Source of the DNA: Methyloceanibacter sp.
GTDB taxonomy: Bacteria; Pseudomonadota; Alphaproteobacteria; Rhizobiales; Methyloligellaceae
Reading direction: 5' to 3'
NCBI GenBank assembly: GCA_035557335.1
Contig: DATMDY010000093.1
Location: 4,194 to 68,193, forward strand
Length of the DNA: 64,000 nt
The notes under the pieces are model-generated. The model made no database searches. It had not been told where the DNA came from and saw only the letters and a list, made by a program, of their open reading frames with translations. A program made the translations under genes and the position numbers. Shown here piece after piece: positions 58,355 to 64,000 of this stretch (position 1 is its first letter; each line of letters begins with the position of its first letter).

Positions 58355-59674
58355 GTGAATGGAGTAACGCCCCAGCCTATGTCGAGTTTGTCCGTTTCAT
58401 CGTGGTGGCGCGGCTTTGGACCCTTCGCAGGGTTAGCCGCCTCATTTTTTATGTTGTGGCTCATGGTCGAGAGCGCGCCGGCTGCTCCTAGCGAATCTTC
58501 CGAGGCGAAGAAGCCGGCCACTGCTGCACCCGCCGCGAGCGCTGAAGATCTCCAGACCACGCGCATCGTCTATCTCGGCAAGGAATACGAGGAGCCGCTG
58601 CCGCTCTCTTACGCGGAGGAGGTTATCACCGACAAAGGCATCCAGGGCGCCCGCTTGATGATCAAGGAGGCCAATCAGGCCGGCGGCTTTGTCGGCCATG
58701 CCTTCGAGCTGGTCGAGGCCATCCTTCCGGCAGACGGCGACATTGTTGCCAAGGCCAAGGAAGTGCTGGCCGATGGCGATACTTTTATCATCGCCGATCT
58801 TGAGCCTACCGATCTTCTCGCCGTGGCCGATCTCCCCGAGGCCAAGAACTCGGTGATCATGAACATTCGGTCGAGCGCCACAAAGCTCCGTCAGGAGGAG
58901 TGCCGCCCGAACGTCTTTCACATCATCCCCGACTGGGCGATGCGCGCCGACGCGCTGGCGCAATATCTCATCTGGAAGAAATGGCCGCGATGGTACGTGC
59001 TAAGGCGCGATGGGGTGGAGGATCAGGATTATCTCGCGCAGGTGAAGCGCGCGGCGGCCCGCTTCGGCGCCAAGATCGTCGAGGATCAGGTTTATGACCT
59101 GCCACCAGGAGCAAGGAACCTGGACTCGGGCCACCAGCAGGTCCAGGCACAAATCCCCATGGAAACGCAAACCGCGCCCGACCACGATGTGTTATGGGTC
59201 ATCAACACCGAGGACGACTTTGGCGATTACCTGATGTACCGGACCGCCTTGCCCAGGCCGGTGGTGGGTACCCAAGGACTGCAGGCGACTGCCTGGGACC
59301 GGTCCTATACCGAGTCAGGCGGCATGCATCTCCAGAATGCCCTTCCCCGGATCGCAAACCGCAAGGCGACCGAGCGGGATTACACGGCCTGGGTGGGGGT
59401 GCGCTCCATCGCCGATGCGGTCATGAAATCCGGCAAGACCACGCCGCAGGAGGTCAAGGATTTTATGCTCTCCGACGACTTCAAGCTCGAAGCCTTCAAA
59501 GGGCAGGCGCTCAGCTTCCGAGACTGGGACCATCAGATGCGCCAGCCGATCATCCTTGGCGGCGGAACCCGCGTTCCCGTCTCCACCTCGCCGCAAGACG
59601 GTTTCCTGCATCAGACCAACCTCACCGACACGCTTGGCTTCGACAAGCCGGAGAGCAAGTGCAAATTTCCATAA
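58355..59674 (+). CDS. PQQ-system ABC substrate-binding protein, copy B
   Basis: Paralog of 44856-46100 (MRADALAQYLIWK, DSGHQQ, FRDWDHQMRQP, DTLGFDKPESKC); start uncertain. Confidence 0.85.
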   Translation: MNGVTPQPMSSLSVSSWWRGFGPFAGLAASFFMLWLMVESAPAAPSESSEAKKPATAAPAASAEDLQTTRIVYLGKEYEEPLPLSYAEEVITDKGIQGARLMIKEANQAGGFVGHAFELVEAILPADGDIVAKAKEVLADGDTFIIADLEPTDLLAVADLPEAKNSVIMNIRSSATKLRQEECRPNVFHIIPDWAMRADALAQYLIWKKWPRWYVLRRDGVEDQDYLAQVKRAAARFGAKIVEDQVYDLPPGARNLDSGHQQVQAQIPMETQTAPDHDVLWVINTEDDFGDYLMYRTALPRPVVGTQGLQATAWDRSYTESGGMHLQNALPRIANRKATERDYTAWVGVRSIADAVMKSGKTTPQEVKDFMLSDDFKLEAFKGQALSFRDWDHQMRQPIILGGGTRVPVSTSPQDGFLHQTNLTDTLGFDKPESKCKFP

Positions 59675-59695
59675 ACCACCAGCAACGGTAGACCC

Positions 59696-60700
59696 ATGAT
59701 ACGCACGATTCTGGCCGCGGCTTCCGCCGTGGCGTTGTTCCTCTTGACCGCTCCCGCCTTCGCCGAGACCATCTTCGTCTCTAACGAGAAGGATAACACC
59801 ATTACGGTGCTGAACGGCGATACGTTCGAGATCATCAAGACCATCAAGACCTCGCGTCGCCCGCGCGGCATCATTCTGAGTCCCGACAATTCGGAGCTGT
59901 TCGTGGCCGCCGGCGACGGCGATATCATGGACGTGATTGACACCAAGACGATGGAAGTGACGCGCCAACTTGAGTCGGGCCCGGACCCCGAGCTCATGGC
60001 GGTCGATTCAAGCGGCAAGACCATCTACATCGCCAACGAGGACGACTCGATGGTGACCATCATGGATGTTAAGGGCGGTGATGTTCTCGGCGAGGTGCCG
60101 GTGGGCGTCGAGCCGGAAGGCATGACCGTGAGTCCCGACGACCGCTACACCGCCGCCACCTCCGAAAGCACCAGCATGGCGCATATCATCGACAACGCGA
60201 CTATGAAACTGGTCGGTAATATTCTCGTCGACAGCCGCCCGCGCGAGGCCAAGTTCACGGCCGATAAGAAGGAACTTTGGGTGTCGTCCGAGATCGGCGG
60301 CACCATCTCCGTCATCGATACCAGCGACTGGGACAACCCGAAGAACTGGAAAATCGTCAAGAAGATCGGCTTCGAGGTGCCGGGCGTTCGTCCCGAGCAG
60401 CTTCAGCCCGTGGGCATGGATTTCAGCAAAGACGGCAAGCTGATGTTCGTCCCGCTAGGGCCGTCCAATCGCGTGGCTGTCATCGACACTGCCACCAAGG
60501 AGGTCAAGGATTACATCCTGGTCGGGCAACGTCCCTGGCACGGCGAATTCAGCGCCGACGGCTCTAAATATTATGTCGCCAACGGCCTCACCAACGACAT
60601 GACCATCATCGATGTGGGCACTCTGAAGGCCGTAAAGTCGGTGCCGGTCGGGCGGCTCCCATGGGGCGTTGCGGTGAGCCCTGAGAAGGCGACACCTTAG
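59696..60700 (+). CDS. PQQ-catabolism-associated YVTN beta-propeller, copy B
   Basis: Paralog of 46097-47104 (FVSNEKDNT, SGPDPE, YIANEDD, VANGLTND). Confidence 0.88.
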   Translation: MIRTILAAASAVALFLLTAPAFAETIFVSNEKDNTITVLNGDTFEIIKTIKTSRRPRGIILSPDNSELFVAAGDGDIMDVIDTKTMEVTRQLESGPDPELMAVDSSGKTIYIANEDDSMVTIMDVKGGDVLGEVPVGVEPEGMTVSPDDRYTAATSESTSMAHIIDNATMKLVGNILVDSRPREAKFTADKKELWVSSEIGGTISVIDTSDWDNPKNWKIVKKIGFEVPGVRPEQLQPVGMDFSKDGKLMFVPLGPSNRVAVIDTATKEVKDYILVGQRPWHGEFSADGSKYYVANGLTNDMTIIDVGTLKAVKSVPVGRLPWGVAVSPEKATP

Positions 60701-61659
60701 GCGAGGCGGCCGCGTGCACGGGGTCTGCTTCCGCGGGCTGTGAGTTCCGCCTGCGCTTGCGGCCAATCGGCGTTCAAGATCGGCACGAGGTGCTTGGCCT
60801 CGCTGACCAGCGCATGGATCAGCGGGGTCAGCGGATTGCGCTGGGGCACCACCAGGCCTATGGAATGCGTCACCTCCGGCTCGACGATGGGAATGGCGCG
60901 CACCTTCTCGGTCAGGCCAAGCACGTCGGCGAGCTTGGCGGGCATGACGGACGCCCAACGCCCCGTGCGTACATGGGCGAAGAGCACCACGATCGAATCC
61001 GATTCCAAGGTTGGCGCCACGTCCGTGCCTGCTTGCTTGAGCAGATCCCCGATGATGCGCCGGTTCTGCATGTCGGGCGTGAGCAGGCAAAGCGGCACCT
61101 TGCCCACCTCCGCCCAGCTGACCCGATCGCGTTTGCCGAGCGGGCTGTCGGCTGAGGCGAGCAGGCGATACTCTTCGCTGTAAAGCGGCACGGTCTGCAC
61201 CCGGCCCAGAGGCTCGTTGTCGAGATAAGTGAGCCCGGCATCGACCTCCAGATTTTCCAGCATGCCCAGGACCTCGATCGAGTTGCGCGACAGGATGGTG
61301 AAGCTCACGTCGGGATGCTGCGCGCGATAGGGTGTGGTGATCATGGCGCACATGGCGAGCGCCGTCGGGATGGCGGCAATGCGGATATGTCCCGAGAGGC
61401 CATGCTTCAGCGCGTCGATCTCCTGGCGCATGGCGCGCGTGTCGCCGACGATGCGGCGCGCCCAGTCGAGCACGCGCTCGCCCTCCGGCGTGAAGCCCTG
61501 GAAGCGGGAGCCGCGCTGCACCAGGAGCACGCCGAGCATGTCCTCGAGCTGCTTGATCGCGGCCGAAAAGGTCGGCTGGCTCACGCCGCAGGCTTCCGCC
61601 GCATGGCCGAAATGCCGCTCCCGCGACAGCGCGATGATGAATTCGAGCTTATCAATCAT
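60697..61659 (-). CDS. LysR-family transcriptional regulator
   Basis: ERHFGHAAEACGVSQPTFSAAIKQLE, GFTPEGE, LLTPDMQNRRII. Confidence 0.93.
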   Translation of the reverse strand: MIDKLEFIIALSRERHFGHAAEACGVSQPTFSAAIKQLEDMLGVLLVQRGSRFQGFTPEGERVLDWARRIVGDTRAMRQEIDALKHGLSGHIRIAAIPTALAMCAMITTPYRAQHPDVSFTILSRNSIEVLGMLENLEVDAGLTYLDNEPLGRVQTVPLYSEEYRLLASADSPLGKRDRVSWAEVGKVPLCLLTPDMQNRRIIGDLLKQAGTDVAPTLESDSIVVLFAHVRTGRWASVMPAKLADVLGLTEKVRAIPIVEPEVTHSIGLVVPQRNPLTPLIHALVSEAKHLVPILNADWPQAQAELTARGSRPRARGRLA

Positions 61660-61763
61660 AGGGTTATGGGCGGCTCGCGTTACCGGTCAGGCCAAATCGG
61701 CGTGATTGTGGGGCCATAGCCCCCCTTCATCAACCACGAAGGCAAGGGCGCCAAGCCTAGCAA

Positions 61764-62345
61764 TCAATGGTTCATATGATCCATCTGCCCGCCCTCCATG
61801 CTTTCGCCGTGAGTCTTTGGGGCGCTTTCCACAAGGCTGCGATATTGCTCAGGGGTGAGCTCCGGCAGCTTCCGCAGGAAAGCGACGACGTCCCACAATA
61901 CTTCGTCATCGTGCGTCACTCCCCAGGCCGGCATGCCTGTCATCTTGATCCCGTGTTTAATCACCCAAAATTGCTCCGCCGGTGTGAGGTGGCTTCCACG
62001 CTTGAATTCCGGCGCCCGTGGATAAAGGCCGCGTGCGATCTCGGTCCTTTTCATTCCCGGGGCAAGATGGCAGAGGCTGCACATCTCTGCATATTGCCCA
62101 CCGCCTGAAGCGATGCGCTTGGCATCGGTGAGGTCGTCCGGAACCACGATGCCGGCGGTCCGCACGGCGATCGACCGCTCCCGCATCGTCTCCAGCAGCC
62201 AATAGACCGCGTTGCTGTGTGGCACGTCCGCCGCGACATTGAAGATGCCGCCATAGAGCGAAGTGGCCGCGATAGCGCATAACAGTGCGACTGCTGCTAC
62301 CGTTGCGAACAGCCAATGTCTCCGGGAAGTTGGAGAGTCAGTCAT
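61764..62345 (-). CDS. Monoheme cytochrome c (copper-operon associated)
   Basis: FNVAADVPH, CSLCHLAPG, GLYPRAP, GIKMTGMPAW. Confidence 0.85.
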   Translation of the reverse strand: MTDSPTSRRHWLFATVAAVALLCAIAATSLYGGIFNVAADVPHSNAVYWLLETMRERSIAVRTAGIVVPDDLTDAKRIASGGGQYAEMCSLCHLAPGMKRTEIARGLYPRAPEFKRGSHLTPAEQFWVIKHGIKMTGMPAWGVTHDDEVLWDVVAFLRKLPELTPEQYRSLVESAPKTHGESMEGGQMDHMNH

Positions 62346-62361
62346 GCCATCGCCCTCACAG

Positions 62362-62637
62362 CTATTTCTCGATGGCCTCCATGGCCTTGTGCATATGGGT
62401 CATGCAGGCATCCATGTCCTTCTTGGCCATCATGGTCTCTGCCATGTCCATTTCTTTCGTCGCCGTCGTCTTGGCTTCTCCGTCACCCATCGCCTGGATG
62501 TCGGCGTGCATCGCGTGAATGGCAGTCTCGCTGCACTCCATGCGATGTTGCTCATGAGCGGTCGCTGAGCCCGGGACACTGCCTGCGAGCATCGCCGAAG
62601 CGAGGGCTCCAGCAAGAGCGGTCAAGATGTTCCGCAT
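62362..62637 (-). CDS. Small exported Met/His-rich protein, probable Cu(I)-binding
   Basis: Signal peptide; HEQHRMEC...EMDMAETMMAKKDMDACMTHMHKAM; GGAAGGGAG RBS; downstream of a multicopper oxidase. Confidence 0.7.
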   Translation of the reverse strand: MRNILTALAGALASAMLAGSVPGSATAHEQHRMECSETAIHAMHADIQAMGDGEAKTTATKEMDMAETMMAKKDMDACMTHMHKAMEAIEK

Positions 62638-62668
62638 GATGTTTCTCCCTTCCGTTTGTTCTTTTTGC

Positions 62669-64000
62669 CTAATGATGCTCATGCCCTGATGGCAGCGGTT
62701 CGCTTGCCGGCGTCGGCTTCGTCTCGTGCCGGTGCGGCTCGCCGGCCTCAGCGGCATCCACCGCGTAAGCCACCGTGCCCGGTGGGTGCCGGTACCAGCC
62801 CGGATCGCTGTAGTCGCGCGGCGCCAAACCTTCGCGCACCTTCATCACTGTGAACATGCCGCCCATTTCGATTGGCCCGAACGGTCCCGTCCCCGACATC
62901 ATCGGCAGTGTGTTGGCGGGAAGCGGCATATGCATGGACCCCATCTCGGCCATGCCGTCGGTGCCCATGGCCATGGCGCCTGGCCCCGCGTAGCTAAGAG
63001 CGCTCGCTAGATCGCGGCGCTTCATGCCGATGAAGTTCTTCACCGTATGTCCCATAGCGTTCATAGTGTGGTGCGATTTGTGGCAATGAAATGCCCAGTC
63101 GCCCGGCGCATCGGCGACAAAATCGATGGCGCGGACGGTGCCTACGGGAACGTCGACCGTCGCCTCCGGCCATTGCGCGCTTTCCGGCACCCAGCCGCCG
63201 TCGGTGCAGCTCACCGCAAAATGATGTCCGTGCACATGAATCGGGTGGTTGGTCATGGTGAGGTTGGCGACCCTGATGCGCACCTTGTCACCGAGTCCGA
63301 CCGGTATCACGTCGATGCCGGGAAAGACGCGGGCGTTGAAGGTCCAGATATTGAAGTCTGTCATCTCGGTGACTTGCGGCAGCGATGTGCCGGGGTCGAA
63401 GCGGTATGAACTCATGATGAAGGCATAGTCGCGATCGACGCGACGGAAGTTTGGGTCCTTGGGATGCACGACGACAGTTCCCATCATGCCCATGGCCATC
63501 TGCACCATCTCGTCGGAATGGGGATGGTACATGAAGCTGCCGCTCTTGGTGAGCAGGAACTCGTAGACGAAGGTCTTGCCGACGGGGATATGCGGCTGGG
63601 TGAGGCCGCCCACGCCGTCCATGCCGCTCGGCACCAGCATGCCGTGCCAATGGATGGTGGTGTGCTCCGACAGTCTGTTGGTGACGAAGATGCGGACCTT
63701 GTCGCCCTCGACCGCCTCGATGGTAGGGCCGGGCGTCTGGCCGTTATAGCCCCAGAGCTTTGCTGTCATGCCGGGCGCGATCTCGCGCTCGACCTCCTCG
63801 GCGACAAGGTGGAACTCCTTCCACTCGCCATTCATGCGCCAAGGCAGCGTCCAGCCGTTCAGAGTCGCCACCGGCTGATAGTCCTGGCCGCTCGGCGGGG
63901 GAATCGGCGGCTGCATTGAAGGCGAAGAATAGGTCGGCGCCTCGGGGATGGTTGCGGATTGTGCGCGTCCGCTGATCGTCGTGGCGCTGACCAGGGTCAC
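62669..64000 (-). CDS. Multicopper oxidase (copper resistance), 5' end beyond the window
   Basis: TIHWHG, MYHPH, HPIHVHGH, WAFHCHKSHHTMNAM, Met-rich C-terminal region. Confidence 0.92.
   Translation of the reverse strand: MTLVSATTISGRAQSATIPEAPTYSSPSMQPPIPPPSGQDYQPVATLNGWTLPWRMNGEWKEFHLVAEEVEREIAPGMTAKLWGYNGQTPGPTIEAVEGDKVRIFVTNRLSEHTTIHWHGMLVPSGMDGVGGLTQPHIPVGKTFVYEFLLTKSGSFMYHPHSDEMVQMAMGMMGTVVVHPKDPNFRRVDRDYAFIMSSYRFDPGTSLPQVTEMTDFNIWTFNARVFPGIDVIPVGLGDKVRIRVANLTMTNHPIHVHGHHFAVSCTDGGWVPESAQWPEATVDVPVGTVRAIDFVADAPGDWAFHCHKSHHTMNAMGHTVKNFIGMKRRDLASALSYAGPGAMAMGTDGMAEMGSMHMPLPANTLPMMSGTGPFGPIEMGGMFTVMKVREGLAPRDYSDPGWYRHPPGTVAYAVDAAEAGEPHRHETKPTPASEPLPSGHEHH

Noticed and set aside
47104-58355. 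Hidden pqqA or lanmodulin small ORFs in intergenic gaps
   Set aside because: No ExxxY PqqA core or EF-hand repeats found by eye; very short ORFs cannot be fully excluded.

Overview
High-GC alphaproteobacterial DNA. Gene content points to a Hyphomicrobiales methylotroph (Methyloceanibacter/Methyloligella-like; inference). Left to right: (1) a decayed junction with nasT and autotransporter remnants; (2) a glk-otsB-GH15-otsA trehalose block; (3) a Pho-box-controlled phnF / divergent phnA-like hydrolase / pstSCAB-like module; (4) a RirA-like regulator with a TonB-dependent receptor, piuC, Sel1 protein and exbBD-tonB, carrying two matching TGA-N9-TCA operators; (5) a secreted adenosine deaminase; (6) a ~39 kb methanol-oxidation super-cluster; (7) a LysR regulator and the end of a copper-handling operon. 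The super-cluster holds the Ca-type mxaFJGIRSACKLDE operon plus mxaH, with MxaC fused to a pentapeptide-repeat domain, and three lanthanide-type (D-Y-D) PQQ methanol dehydrogenases that look like XoxF1. It also holds two XoxJ-ankyrin fusions, one XoxG-like cytochrome, an unknown two-repeat periplasmic protein, two SBP+YVTN pairs without permease/ATPase, and two paralogous MxcQE/MoxYX-like two-component systems. The strongest novelty candidates are a ~250-nt conserved, apparently structured 5' leader ahead of the two tandem xoxF genes, the twin-TCS architecture, and the PhnA-like/Pst-like phosphonate module. No rRNA, tRNA, CRISPR array or intact mobile element was seen. All calls are by-eye motif recognition; no database searches were run.
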